Origin: Dipteris shenzhenensis
Lineage: Eukaryota
DNA length: 64,000 nucleotides
NCBI GenBank assembly: GCA_047967505.1
Contig: CM106538.1
Strand: one strand, 5' to 3'
Position numbers and translations under genes: made by a program
Notes under the pieces: model-generated
What the model saw: the letters and a program-made list of their open reading frames with translations, nothing else
What the model was told of the DNA's origin: nothing
The model's database searches: none
Part shown: one piece after another, positions 1-14,125 of the stretch
Layout: the number at the start of each line of letters is the position of its first letter
How positions within the stretch are numbered: the first letter of the stretch is position 1

Positions 1-2874
1 AAGCTGTCTTGACATCCATTTGCATAAGCTCCATATCCTCTACTGCCACTAGTCCAAGCATGCATCTAAGTGTGGTCATCTTCACAACCGGAGAGAATAT
101 CTCATCAAAGTCCACACCCTTCTCTTGCTTGAACCCTTTAGCAACCAAACGGGCCTTGTATCTAGGCACATCATCACCTGTGACCTTCATTTTGTAGACC
201 CATTTACATGGCAATGCTTTCTTTCCATGTGGCAAAGAAACCAAGTCCCAAGTCTTATTCTTCATAAGTGAACTCATCTCTGATTGCATAGCATACTCCC
301 ACTTGCGTTGATCCTCACGCATCATAGCCTCTCTGTAGCAAGAAGGCTCTCCGCAATCAGTAAGCATCACATAGTCTACCCCTGGAACAAACCTATCAGG
401 CGGTCTAGACACTCTAGATGATCTTCTCAAGGGCATTTCAGCTTGCTGTCCCACTTGCATATCAGCCACATTTGGCTCATCATTTCCACCAATAGATGAT
501 CCATAATCTACCCTTGATTGTATACCTGTGGGAGTACTTGGTTGTACCATTTCTTGCACATTTGGTGCATGGACAGCTTGCTGCCTATCAACATATGCAG
601 GTGGATTCACATCCTGGAAAGTGATTCTCCTCATTTCCACATCCCTCATGGGTGCCTTATGCATCTTCTTCTCATTGAAGACCACATCATGGCTGCGTAT
701 GATCTTCTTTGCTTCCGGATCCCAGAGACAATAGCCCATCTCTCCACTTTCACCATAACCCAGAAAGATGCATTTCCTAGACTTAGGATCTAGCTTCTTT
801 CGAAGCTCTTTTGGCACATGTGCATATGCCTCACACCCAAATATACGCAAATGAGAGTAAGAGGGCTTCTTGCCACTCCATGCCTCTTCAGGAATACCAC
901 CATCCAAACTCTTACTAGGTGATCTATTGATCACATGCACTGCAGTCTTCATTGCCTCAGCCCAGAAACCACCAGAAAGACTTGCATTGGAAAGCATGCA
1001 TTGCAACCTTTCTTGAATGGTACGGTTCATCTTTTCTGCAACTGGATTTTGCTCTAGAGTACGAGGGGATGTGAGCTCCCTCTTAATCCCACGTGTATCA
1101 CAGAAATGCTGAAAGTCATGAGAGAGATACTCTCCACCATTGTCAGTCCGTAGGCATTTAAGCGTTCTAGCTGACTGATTCTCAACCAAGGCCAGCCATT
1201 TCTGAAATACCTGGAACACATCACTCTTCCGAGCTATAGCATAAGCCCACACTTTCCTAGTTGCATCATCAATGAATGTCACATAGTATTCAGCCCCGCC
1301 TAATGACCGTGTAGGCATGGGACCACATACATCTGAATGCACCAAATCAAGCATTTCAAACTCTTTCTTTCCCCTTCTTTTATGGGCTGATTTCATCTGC
1401 TTCCCATAGAGACAATGCTCACAAAATTCAAAATCAGAGAAACTCAAATGCGGTACATAACCCAAACGGCATAAGAGTTTCATTCCATTCTGGCTCATGT
1501 GCCCCAACCTGCAATGCCACAAAGAAGTGCTTGGCTGCTCGGTTATTGCAACAACATGATCAAATACCCCTGATACATGTAAGGGATACAAAGTCCCACA
1601 CTTGGCACCCCTAGCCAAAAGCATAGAGCCCTTTTGAATTTTCCACCTTTGAAAGCCAAAAGTGGTGTGAAAACCAGCATCATCTAGCTGACCCACTGAA
1701 ATAAGACTCTTGGTCAACTTAGGCACATGTCTCACATGTTTCAAAACAAATGCAGACCCATTTGCAAAAGAAAACTTTATGTCACCTGCTCCCACTATGT
1801 CACATGCATAGTCATTTCCAAGATGCACACAACCTGTCTTTCCACTATCATAAGTGGAGAACCATTCCCTATGGGGAGTAACATGGAATGAAGCACCAGA
1901 ATCCAAAATCCAATCCTGGGAATATGCATCATCTGAAGTGGTAAGCAACTCTGCAGATAAACTAGACATGAAGAGAACATCATTGTCACTATCATGTGTG
2001 ACTGCATTGATCTCCTCGATCTTCACTTTTCCTTTGTCCTCCCTTGGACTCTCTTCCTTTTGATTTGCACCCCAATTTGCATTCTTTTTCTTATCCTTTT
2101 GCTCTCTTTTCAGCTTCTTTTCAGCTTGTAGCAATCCTTTTTCATATGGCCCTTCTTGCCACAATGGTAACACTCAATGTTCCGTGCCTTGGATTTGCTA
2201 CGAGACTTCCCTCTTTCTTGGGACTTCCCCCTGAACTGTGATCTGCCCCTTTGCACATTTAAGGCTGCATCCTGCTTGTTGCCATCCATAGACTTCCGTC
2301 TAATCTCCTCGGCCAACAAGCTACCCACAACATCATCAAATTCCAGTACTCCACCAGGTGCAGAGTTACTGACAGCTGTATGGAAGGTATCCCATGAGGA
2401 TGGCAATGAACATAAGAGAAATATTGCCTTAGTCTCCGCATCAAAATTCATTTTCTGAGCCTGAAGTTGGCTGAAAATAATATTGAATTCATTCAAATGA
2501 GAAGCAATGGAGACCCCTTCCTTCATCTGCAGCTCAAACAACCTCTTCATGAGGTAAACTTTATTAGAGGCAGTTTCCTTTTCATAAGTGGCACACAATT
2601 TCTTCCACAAATCTTCCGTAGTCTGCTCATTTACTACTGTGAAATAAACTGACTCTGCAAGATGAAGCCTAATAGTAGACTTTGCTAATGCATCCAACTC
2701 ATTCCAATCATCCTCAGACATATTTGCAGGCTTAGCTTCAATCCCTGCCAAGGGTTTAATCTGCTTCTTTTGAATAAGCACATCCCTTATTTGTTCTTTC
2801 CACAAAGAAAAGTTTGTCCCATCGAACTTTTTAATGCTGAAAAACTCCTTTTCAGGCATGGAAGAGGATGCCAT
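1..2874 (-). pseudogene. copia gag-pol polyprotein, frameshifted by an 11-bp tandem duplication at 2106-2127
   Basis: ORF 2110..2874 (gag) stops inside a duplicated CTTTTCAGCTT. Removing one copy reads into ...KREQKDKKKNAN...DWILDSGASFHVTPHREWF. Confidence 0.9.
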
Positions 2875-4305
2875 GATGCAAATGAAACAAAAATGCCAAA
2901 TGCTAGTGCCTGCAAGAGAGAATCACACCAAATACCAGGTGCACCCAAATGTGTATGCCACAATAGAGTGAAATATCACCAAAATTCAAAGCTCAAAGCA
3001 TCAAAAGATGCATCTGACTCATGTGCATATACTATGCATCCATATGAGCAAATCTGGCCCAAAAGAAAATGCCAATAAGTGCCAAATGACTCAAGCATAA
3101 ACACTGTCCACTGGCATATGCATCAATAATGTCTCATCCAAGAGAGCATAGCACTATCAGTGCATCACCTGCAATGTGTCAAAGCTGTCCCTCAGCTTAA
3201 AATAGCATCCATGTGCAAAGCGTCCATAAAAAAATAGCATCCCACAAGGCAATTTGGGCCTATCAGCGCATCCAACAAGGACCGCAATGCATCCAAATGG
3301 CCTATAAATCATCCACTGCAACCCAATGCATACCACGAATGAGCGCACACTGCTCAAACTGCAACCAGAGTGATCTGCATAAGGTATGCTCAAGAAATCA
3401 TAGTCCCACGGTAATGAGCGCTACTGAAAATAGAACCTGAGATGCTTCAAAACATGGGCGCCATTGCATAATCGGACTCAGCAAGAAAATCTGCAAATAT
3501 CTCTCTTCTGCCAGAACTCCAAAATCTCAACCGATGAGTGAGAAACGGGAGTCAATACTTATCCACTGCCATGTGGCATAAATCTAAGGTTTCAAAACCT
3601 TAGTATGAAAAATGCATAACAGAGAGGCGAAATCGAATACACAGAGATTTATAACTCTGAAAATCCTCCACCGAATCGCGCAAGGACTGACAGGTAGGGG
3701 TTTTTGGGCGTCCGGAACGCAATGGGACAGACGGTTTTGGAAACCGTGGTCTCAATCACTGGGTCCAACACACGGACTGAAAAACGTTTTTGGAAACAGA
3801 GCTATCTGTAAACTCCACCGGAGTGCGAATGATGAGCAACATAGAAGTTTTAGGACCTCCTGAGTCCACCGGAATTGACAGATCTGCAAATGGTTGTTCT
3901 AAACTTGAGTTCCAACACCCGGGCAAAAAACGCAGGAATTGACACAGTGAGTCAGAAATCCACTGAAATGATCTCAGATTCAAGAATGAAGGTGTTTCAA
4001 AGCTCCTGAAGTAATGTGGACACCAAAAGCAAGCAATAATTGCCTCCACAAGTCAATACGGAGTCTCTGTCATCGAACGGAACAGGAAAAAGCTTAAAAA
4101 ACGACTTTTTCTTTGAAAGCTCTTAACAGGCTCTCAAAACCACTTCGTAAAGCCAAAGTGACTTTTCCAAAGGTTCCTCCAAGGTCTCTGCACACTCGGA
4201 TGCAAGTAAAGTCACCCACAAAGCTTCCCACAGAGCTTCTCCTTCCTCCCACAGAGCTGCTGAGCTTCAAGCATTCATTCACGCACGCTCAGCTAGATCA
4301 CCCGG

Positions 4306-4317
4306 GCTCTGATACCA
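4306..4317 (-). promoter_or_regulatory. primer-binding site (tRNA-iMet)
   Basis: gctctgatacca on + equals TGGTATCAGAGC on -, 2 nt from the LTR edge. Confidence 0.9.
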
Positions 4318-5035
4318 GTTGAGAGTGCTCTCAACGGAAGCAAGAATGGAAGAAGGAGAGAGAGAGAGACAGAGAGCCACACAAGTTTTGGTGGGTGCAG
4401 AACCACCCTAATCTTCTTTTTCATTCATTTATATATGTGTTTGAGTATTGTACATAACTGGGGTTAAGGCACAGTGACCTTTAACCCCACATAAACCTCT
4501 ATTAATGAGGACTCCCTTGATCATGTGGCTCCTAACCTTGAAATTTTTTATCATTGGCACTTCATCCCAAACATCTTAGTCAATTTCACTTAGTGGTGCC
4601 TAGTGCTTCTTCCATTGGTTGCTTGGTCATTGGTCGATTTTGAACGGACTTGTTGCAAACGAGAAGCCTGTTTCCAATAATTGGCCTATGAAGATCATCA
4701 CATTTAGCTCATTGAATTTCTCCTATGTTGCATATTTTTGTTTTGTTCCAAGGGGCTACCTTCCATTTTTTCATTGCTAGTTAGATCTTCTTCATGTCAC
4801 TTCATCCTGTGACTATATTTTGTCTCGTCCTTAGTTCATTAAATGATCTTTCTACCTTAATGCTTTGATTGATTCGGTGGCTAGAATCTTTTATTCTTTC
4901 CAAGGAATCCTTATTTGGATTCTCTAGCTTTGTTGGATCCTTTGGGCTACCCTCTGATGTTGTGACTCCATTTGTCAATGTGTACCAACACTAGGGCTAC
5001 AATTAGTACCTCTTCATCATTTCACATTCTCTCTA

Positions 5036-6005
5036 TAGCATATCTAGCTACTCATTCCACAATTTATAGTCCTTATTTCAGTGACATTCTTTCGCATAGA
5101 AGGAACATGCCATGGTAAAAGTCTTTGGTCTAATCTATTTGATAGGGTCTTGCCCTCCCTTTCTAATTGGTTGACATATATGGACCTTTTGCCTTTTTTT
5201 AACTAGCATTCTTTTATTGTATATCTTGAATGATTGCATATGTTGTAGTACTTTCATTTTGAGATGCCTTTTTGGTGTAGGTATGCCCATCAACTTTGTA
5301 CTTTGTGCACCATACTTCTTTTTTTCTAGAGCTTTTGATATATTTTTAACTTCTCCCTTTCCATCTCTGTCAATTTCGTTTAACAATTGTATTTTCTTCT
5401 TTTTCTTTATCTTTGCTATCCATTAAGACCCTTCTTCCTTCTAGACTCATTGACGATTCCCTTCTTGATTGTAGTTGCCCTGTGTAGCAACTCATCATAT
5501 CTAGCTATTTAATCCTCCTTGTAGCATATCTAGCTACTTATTCCACAATTTAAAATATTAATTTCAATGACCTTCTTTCCCATAGAATGAAACATGCCAT
5601 GCTAAAAGTATTTGGCCTATCTATTTGTTGTTAGGGTCATGCCTCCCTTTCTAATTGGTTGACATCTATGGCCCTTTTTCCTTTTTTGAACTAGTATTCT
5701 CCAATTGGATAGCTTGAACTATTGCATCTGTGGTAGTAATTTTCTTCTGAGATGCAAATGGTGTAGGTATGCCCATCAACTTCGCACTTTGTGCACAAAA
5801 CTTCTTTTTTTCTAGAGCTTCTCTAATTTTCATCTCAATGAGATAGCTTTTTAAGCTTCTCCCTTTCCATCTTTGTTGATTCCTTTTAACAATTGGCTTT
5901 TCTTCTTTTTCTTCATCTTTGCTATCCATTAAGACCCTTCTTCCTTCTAGAGTTGTTGGTGATTCCCTTCTTGATTATAGTTGCCTTGTAAAGTGATTCA
6001 TCATA
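5036..6005. repeat. diverged tandem direct repeat, two ~480-bp units
   Basis: Units start tagcatatctagctact at 5036 and 5522 and share ggtgtaggtatgcccatcaactt and ctttgctatccattaagacccttcttcc. Parallel ORFs contain ALEKKK.AQS.KLMGIPTP. Confidence 0.85.
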
Positions 6006-6299
6006 CTTGTTGGATTAGTCATTTTCATATTTCTCAATTATGTGTCATTAGTGAGGCAACTTAGCAACCACAATCAAAGCACCATTTGTCTAGCGAGATG
6101 GTTGATTGATTGAAAAGCACCCTCATTTGGACTACAAAGTCATATACAATCTCTCCTGATTTGCGCTTAATTGGGTTACCTTCTTTGCTAAAATCATGCT
6201 GAAATGTCATCAAAATGGATTTCCTTAACTCATTCTACATGTTGAAATGATGGTATTGGTCGAACCATTCAATAGATTTATTTAGAAACATCATGGGCA

Positions 6300-8420
6300 A
6301 ATAGAACAAGTGTCGTTTATGCAGCATTGCAATCTATTTGCCATTCCTTGGAAGCTCTGCAAAGAGAATTGGTTGGGCCAAAGATGATTAATTGGCTAGG
6401 GTTCCGAGCAATTGATTCTAGAGCCAACATAAGAACTAAATCTGGGAATAGATGAGGAACCACGTACACTAGTAAATCAGTGCACATGTGCTTGGTGATG
6501 CAACATTTGAAAAGATTCTTGAATCTGCTGAGACTTTGACTCAGTTAAGATATTTTGTGGGTTTTATCAACTTTTATAGAAGATTTATTCAAAAAAATTG
6601 CCAAGATTGTGGCTCCATTACATGAACTAACCAAAAAGCACACTATATTTCAGTGGATTGTTGAACTGTCTATTGCATTCCATACATTGAAGAAACATGC
6701 ATCTGAAACACCCATTCTTAGAAAATCGAAATGGGATGCTATTTTTCATACTCACGTGGATGCTTCTAGGTATGCTATTGGTATCATATTGGTCCCGCTA
6801 GATGGGAAGTTGGATTATCTAGTGTATTATGCAAGCCGATTGATGACTCCACTTGAGTGTTAATATATCACAATCGAGCATGAAATTCTTGGCAAGGTAT
6901 ACAATGTGCAGAAGTTTCACCATTACTTACTTAAAAATCAACATGCTAATCATCAGGCTTTGCTTTATCTTATTAATAAAGCAATGATCCAAGGCCAATT
7001 GGGTGAGATGGATTCTGTTACTATAGGAATTCAATTTCAAAATTATTTATAAACTAGGGATATCTCATGCTAGATCGAATTGTTTATCCCAATCGCCAAC
7101 CCCATATGAGAGTAAAGGTGTCACTACCAAATTACCATATGACCGTCTATTTGATGTTGCCTTTTTAGAAACTGATTATGATGAGATGCTACACTATTTA
7201 TCCCATGGAACTCTTTCCAAGCACATACCAAAGGATAAGCATAGGCGGTTGTCCTTGAAAGCCTGGAAGTATAGCTTAATTGGTGGACAGTTGTATCAAC
7301 CATGGTGCTGATAGAATTCTACAAAGATGGGTTCTACCACATGAGCTGATGGAGATACTCAATGAGGCACATGCTGGTCTTACACGAGGTCACTTTGGTG
7401 GTGAGCTTATTGCTCGAAAAGTTTTGCAAGCTAGATTATGGTGGAGCACTCTCTTTAAGGATGCACATGCTCATAGTGTTGAGTGTGATGTCTATCAATG
7501 CACACGAGGTTTACTTCCTCTTGACCACATGCTATTGCAACCAAGCCAACCATGAGAAGCATTCTAGCGTTGGGTTCTAGATTACATGGGCCCATTCAAG
7601 AAGACAGCTCAATATACACAGAATAAATACATCGTAGCAAGCATAGATTATGCCACTAAGTGGGCTAAGGCTTAAGCCTTAAGGGATAACTCGCCTTAGA
7701 CAACTAAGTTCATTTTTTATAATAATATTTGTGAAGACGGCTGCCTAATAGAATTGGTCAGTGATCAAGGAACTCACTTCATGAATGAATTATTTGAGCT
7801 ATCGACTAAGGATTTTATGGTGGTACACTGAGTAGCAACTACTTACTATCCTCAATGTAATGGGCATGCTAAGTCCACCAACAAAACGTTGAAACTGATA
7901 CTCACTAAAACTATTAGTGTGTATCATTGAGATTGGGATACGAAACTTCTCGCTGCACTATGGGCACACCGAGCAACCTATATAGTTACTATAATTTAAC
8001 TTCTTTTCTCGAGGCTTTTGGATTGGAAGCTATTGTTCTTCTAGAATTCATGGTCCTGAGTCTACAGATTGCAATTGAGCATCACCTAGGAGACCTGGAA
8101 GCAATCAAGAGGCGATTGCATCAGCTATCCACACTGGACGAGCTGCACACTCGAGTTGCATGGTCACAGCAAAAACTACTATAGAAGGAGATAAAAGCCA
8201 ACATGAACAACATATTTTTCAGAAAAATCTTAAGAAGGGAATGTTGGTACTTTTGTACAATTCTAAGGTAGGGCCATTGAAGACTAATCTCAAACACGAA
8301 TGGAATGGACCATACATGTTGATTGGTGTCCATAGTAATGGTATAGTCTAGTTGGCTAATTTGCAAGGACATGTATTCTCGATCCTTGGAAGTCGAGTCA
8401 AGGCATACCGAGCTACCACC
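6300..8420 (+). mobile_element. highly degenerate Ty3/gypsy pol (RT end, RNase H, integrase)
   Basis: Fragments KIAKIVAPLHELTKK, HVDASRYAIGIIL, VYYASR, integrase zinc-binding AHAGLTRGHFG..WWSTLFKD, and C-terminal WNGPY. Many stops and frameshifts; no LTRs identified. Confidence 0.85.
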
Positions 8421-10984
8421 ACAAGTTTAGTGACAATGAGAAGACTACAAATGCCTAGCCGAATACCACATGAAGAACCTCATTATCTCGCCTTAACTAG
8501 TAATCATGGAATTAACATAAATCTTGTTACGGTTGAGGCATCACATTAGCACTAAATCTATGATCGCACCTTTTCCAATAGCCGTTGTTGCATGCAAGAT
8601 CAAGGAGTACTCTAGTTTCTCAAATAATCACACTTCTTAGTGCATTTTTTACTTTTTTGAGCTCCTTGCCTCCCAACAGTAGTCTACGCTACTTCTCTTT
8701 CCACCTCGACCATGGCTTCAACCCCTTCTAGATGAGCGGCACACAAGTTGACTTTGTAGCTCAGCTCCTCATACTATCAAGCACACGAAGACAACAAAGA
8801 ATATGCTCAAGGAAGCGAACCTCCTGTAGAACAAAGTATGGAGTGCAAAGGTCATCAAGGAGCTACTTCGTACCTACGATGTGGATACGCACAGTATCAC
8901 CATTGATGATAGGCCAAAAAAAGTCAACTTGCCTTGATGTTTCTAGGTATGTCAAAGCGCACACCATTGCCAAGTCTCGCACATTGTGACATGTTTTTCG
9001 AACCAAAAACATTTCATCAGTTACAAGGCTACTTGATTAGCAAAGCTAATAATCTTGACATGTAACCCTTCTTTCAATTTCTTTTTGGATTAAAAAGAGC
9101 ACTGAGGCGTATATGGAAACAACCCTTTTAGCATATGAAGATTGACTGGCTTGAGATCTTCTCAAAAACATTTGACTCTCAAATTAAGCATGTCTTTTTG
9201 AAGAGCATACTTGACCCACACTAGTGCATGATCAAGCATAGATTGGCCCAAAGTGGTTGCATGCCCGAAAGCACCTCTCTAAAAGGCCCGACACTATAAC
9301 TATTGTTGACAGGAACGGATAGTATATCAAAATTGGCTAGTGGGTTGGGATGGGGTTCCAAGGAGCTTGACATCTTTGGGGAGGTAAGATTTTTGAGTCA
9401 CTATCTAAGGCCCCTCCACCCCTTCTATCGACTGGCAGCGACGGACAAGATCCATTACGCTCCATCTCCACGGGAAACTCACTATTATCTCTATGTCTTC
9501 TCAGCCCTCTTCTCCAAGAAATGAGCACATCTCATCCACATATATATCTTAGATCCTCCCTTTTTGACATCACTACTACCTCAGATCACAACCTTGTCAC
9601 CCCTTCCCGAGCAACAACCCTTTTCGCCTGAGAAGCAGTCTTCTCCAACCCACTCTCCTAAGGAGTAGCCCCTTACAGAGACCCAGGAACGAGTTGGTGA
9701 GACTATAACTGGCACTAGTGGGTAGCCTAGCAATGTACTACCTAAGGACCAGCCCTCTCCAATCGACTCTCAGAAGAGACAGACACCAATGGGTTCCAAA
9801 ATGAAGATCATGAAAAGACGTCCTGAGCGACAAGGTGAACCCAGAGCCTAATACAAAGAGGGACCCACCACAGAGACAAGAAGAATAGCAAATCACCATG
9901 AAGAGAGCAAAAAGTGCCCCAGGACTAGACTAAGACCACTATCAAGGCAGAAAAGGCCATTGCCACGAGTCTATGAGGAAAGATGAGGACCCCTGCTCGA
10001 GAAACCTTTAGCAAAATTACTTGGAGGTATTGCTAAACATAATGTTCAATCTGGTAGATGAAGTCCCTCTTCGACAAACTAGCTAATATTCTGATTTAGT
10101 CTCCATCTCAACTGAAAAGGGATGCTTGGTCTTGAATCTGAGTTTATGGCACAAGCCACTACAGGGAAGCGATCCAATAGGTAGTGGACATGTGGACCTA
10201 GTGGTGTGGAAAGGATTGGAGAGACATCATGAAGGGGGCAGTGATCAAGGCGACTCTATCCTCTAGTAGGAGGGTATCGTCAATACCAACAAGCATGGCA
10301 ATGTACACGAGCTAATTTGCAATCAAATTGAATCTCTTGATAAGTGGTATATGTGTAATGGGATATGCTCAGTGATGGGAGTGAGAGCATTGGGATGTAG
10401 AAATCTATGATGTCAAAGACCAAGGAACGGGATCCCATAAGATAGTCAAATACACTAGAACCTCTTCCATGTGCCAAAGCTGTTAGAAGGTCATCTCTCC
10501 AAACCATTGTAGATAATCAACAAAGGAGTAAGATCCTCATCAATATGGACATGTGGATGATCTCAACGAGCTACACGCTCAAGCTTGGGTATCTCTAAAT
10601 CATATCACTAGGGACTAGTCTCTAGTGGGGTCATGTCCTACACGCCAAGCCCATCTATGATATTGCAAAGACTGTGGGGAATCCCACAAAGTCTGATGTT
10701 GAGAGCTTTACTAGATCTTTGCTAGTACTCAAGTAATGTGGCTGAAACCATTGCCTTTGCAGGCTCTCATTTCACGACAAACGCCCACTTAGAGGCCTCG
10801 TCACTTGCAAACTGCATTGTAGTAATCCACTCTTGCTCGACATTGGGCATCCTCTACCTCATTCAAAGGCGCTTGCCTCGATCGTGAGGAAGTCACATCG
10901 GAGGGTATTTATCTATCGCTGCTACTCAACCTCTTGAGCTTTCATGTAGTGCACCTTCATAAGAACCTATATGAGAGATCCAAG

Positions 10985-11155
10985 GAGCAAATTCTTTGAC
11001 ATTTGTCCATCACTTACCTTGTGTATATTGTGTTGGATTATTAAGAGCATAAAACCTTCACTATCTTAATCTAGTGAGAATCCATTCTCCTTGCTTGGCA
11101 ATGCGATGTTCCACCTCAAAAGGTAAATGATAAACAAATGTCAAAGAATTTTCTC
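10985..11155. repeat. ~170-bp element with ~35-bp terminal inverted repeats (MITE-like hairpin)
   Basis: aaattctttgacatttgtccatcacttacctt (10989-11020) is the reverse complement of aaggtaaatgataaacaaatgtcaaagaattt (11120-11151) with 3 mismatches. Confidence 0.65.
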
Positions 11156-12935
11156 ATCATACATGTACACTTGTGAGTACATTGATCATACAACACGTTG
11201 ATAAAAAATTATGATCTATTTATCTCATCAAAACCAACAAAAAAACAATGAGCAAATGGAAACACAACTCTTAGTGTTTCATTGTGTAACGATGTGGTAT
11301 AGAGGAAAAGGGCTAGAGGTTATATCTCAACTACTTAAGATTACACTTGAGTGTTTGATCATCTTGGCTATGTACGCCAAGCAAACAAGGTAGTGCCTAT
11401 GGTGAAGGTTAATGTTGGCAGCTTTAAAGATATTGAAAGGATAATAAAATAGGAATGCATGTGAACGTTCATCTATGGTGATTAGATTCACTAGTATAGA
11501 AATATAAACCTATACTCATATGAAAGAACATGATTCGTTTCTGACTTGTATATTATTTGTGCCTTCGTGTGGCTCAAATTTTCAGAGCATTCATCCACTT
11601 GTATTTGGTTGCTCAAACTGATTTTGGATTAGAAGATTGGAGAACTAGAGGGAGGATAGGCTGACATTGTAAAATCATTAAGACCGTAGAAAACGCAATT
11701 ACGCAAACTTACAATTTCTGCATTTGGAGTAGGTAATTAAGGTATAAAACTTTGAGATTAAAAGCTTTGAATTGACAGGTATTTTCCATGTCAAGATGCT
11801 CTTTTGCAATGGTCATAGAAAGGACAGTGAACCCGTTTAATACTCCAGGGGCTAGGTTTTTAGAACACCACCAAAATAATCGTCTTTTTTCATGGCATAT
11901 GACAGCCTCATGACACCATTTATACTATATGGGGCTTAGATTTGGGGAGGCCTTATTTTAGAGGACACCAAGAATCAACTAGAGAAAATCCACAAGTGTT
12001 TCTTCCCCAGCTTTGTACGGAAAACCTAAGTCTGTTCTTACAAACTCCCCCAAATTGGTTCTCTGACTCAAAAAACAGTCAAAAGAACAGATCTTGGCAA
12101 TGGGGAGCTGACTCCCTTCCACTGGCTAAGAGGTTGCATATTATGGCAACTCATAGACTCTTGAGAGAGGATAACCCATTGAACATACTTTTGGTAGTAA
12201 AGATGCAATATCCACCAAATATGCTCATAACCAAAGATTCTAGGGCACTGCCCTTTTTGCTAGAACCCCTACCTGAAGACAGAGAACGCCCAGACAAGGT
12301 CCCAATGCCTGAGGTGTGAGACACAACGTTCTACAGGAGGGGCAGGCGTGATTACCTCCAAAAAGAGTATCTGTGACTGTTTTGAGATCAAGAGAGCAGG
12401 AAATTGTACAAGGGATAAGAATCCTTAGGGTCATCTCTATTACATGTACTGCGTCTCCTGTAACAAAACTTTCACGTACCATAGGCCATATTCTGCCTCC
12501 ATTGGATAATAATACTGTTGTCATCATCATGACTATCTTATTAAAGCTGCAAACTCATGGATCTAAAACCTTCATCTGCATCTGATCACTAAGCCATCAC
12601 TTTTGCTATTTGTTGTCCATGTGTCATGTAAACAAAACGAAATATACTGGCCCTGAATCATGATCCATGTAAACATTACGACAATTTACAACAAATGTAA
12701 TACCGTGCCCTTGTTGTTCATATTTTTGAACCTTGGATCAAAAGCAATTACTTAACTTCCAACTTTACGAAGGAACAGCATGTACAAAGCATCATAAAAA
12801 CGGAATATTCCATTCTTGTGATTCCACACATGGCTCATCAGACAGTCGACAAGCATTTTTGAACCACTTTGCATAATTAAACAGGGCTCCTGCTATAACA
12901 ATAAATCACCATCATAGTACTAAGAGCAAGAGTGC

Positions 12936-13052
12936 TCAGATTTTGTAACTCAAGACTTTCCTCTTGTACTCACCAAGTGCCCAGATAGGAAATATATTTC
13001 GATAAGCTGAGTACGAGATAGTGCAATTTCTGTTGAAAACACCCATAATTTC
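12936..13052 (-). CDS. CAS1: oxidosqualene cyclase (cycloartenol-synthase-like), last coding exon
   Basis: cag|[38 protein letters not shown] (117 nt); matches the conserved CAS C-terminus. Symbol is by similarity only. Confidence 0.95.
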   Translation of the reverse strand, partial: EIMGVFNRNCTISYSAYRNIFPIWALGEYKRKVLSYKI

Positions 13053-13195
13053 CTGCCGCCAGATATTCAAAGCAGTTCAAAACTTGAGGTGAAATATGCA
13101 AGTACTTATCCATAATGACATCCTAAGGAGAACTGATTACTATACATGGCCTAGTTCACTATTACACAAAATATTGCAAATCCAACCCAATATAC

Positions 13196-13279
13196 CTCTT
13201 GCGGATAGTCCCCATCATGAAGCTGAGAATTCACCAAAACCAAGGCTGCTCTGTGAAGCGGTACAGGATCTCGCTGGGC
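13196..13279 (-). CDS. CAS1: oxidosqualene cyclase exon (penultimate)
   Basis: ag|[28 protein letters not shown]|gt, 84 nt, phase 0/0, QW-like motif. Confidence 0.95.
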
Positions 13280-14125
13280 CTGGCACATCCAAACCATCAG
13301 GCTATCAGGTCCAAGCTTCACACTTTGAATTGTAAGTACTTCTACCATGATTTGGATCAATTCTATTGATTAAGGCACCGTACAACTAGAATATAGTATA
13401 CCATTGAACACGTATTTCCAACCCCAATTCGCATTTAAGGTCATATTTTAGATAAACGTAATTAAAGCATGCAACACATAGGACACACTTCCTTCCTTAT
13501 TTTGAAAATCCTGAACATAGGGACTAAAAATGGTTTGCTCTTACCTGTTCTATCACTGAAGCATTCAACAAAACCACAGCAATATCACAATTCAAAATTC
13601 CAGAAAAATCTTGCAATACTCCAAAAAGTATGTTACTGGCTTAACTTAAACACAAAAGACGAAATTTGTGCTTCACGTCAGCTAGGATCATTAGTCACTG
13701 TTTGAACAGAATAAGCAAAAACTACAATGTCCCAGTGTCTTTCTTATATCATTTGGCTACATTCAATTGTGTTGAATTCAAATCTAAGATTTGGGCAAAA
13801 TCAAGGGCAAAAAACAAGATTACTGCTCTAATGTCCTCTTAACTGCATGTAAGGAAATTTATACATTTATGTGCCTGTAAATCAAGATGAGCAGTTTTCA
13901 CATATTTCCGAAAACAAGTCATGATGCTCATCTGAGTTCGCTCCTCCAAAGGGAAGAAAAAAACTTGACATCAAGAGCTAGCCCTGTGGAATTAAGCGAA
14001 ATTGAACATAGCTCATTTGCCAAATCCCCCCATGAAGAATCACAAAACAGATCCAATTGAAGTTACTAAATGTGCTAGCTGCCTAGGATTACACCACTAA
14101 AATCTTGCAAGTGACATGAAAAGTC

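Larger units (their letters stand above)
1..4504 (-). mobile_element. Ty1/copia LTR retrotransposon, 5' part (short 5' LTR ~4320-4504, PBS, leader, gag-PR-INT-RT running off the left edge)
   Basis: PBS TGGTATCAGAGC at 4317-4306 next to the LTR edge. Gag with FDGTNF..W motif and CCHC knuckle CYHCGKKGHMKKDC, protease WILDSGASFH, then integrase and RT N-terminus in copia domain order. LTR outer end approximate. Confidence 0.95.

Noticed and set aside
11942-12585. ORFs downstream of the OSC stop, including a CPSC motif
   Set aside because: No recognisable family or supported splice structure; probably 3' flank
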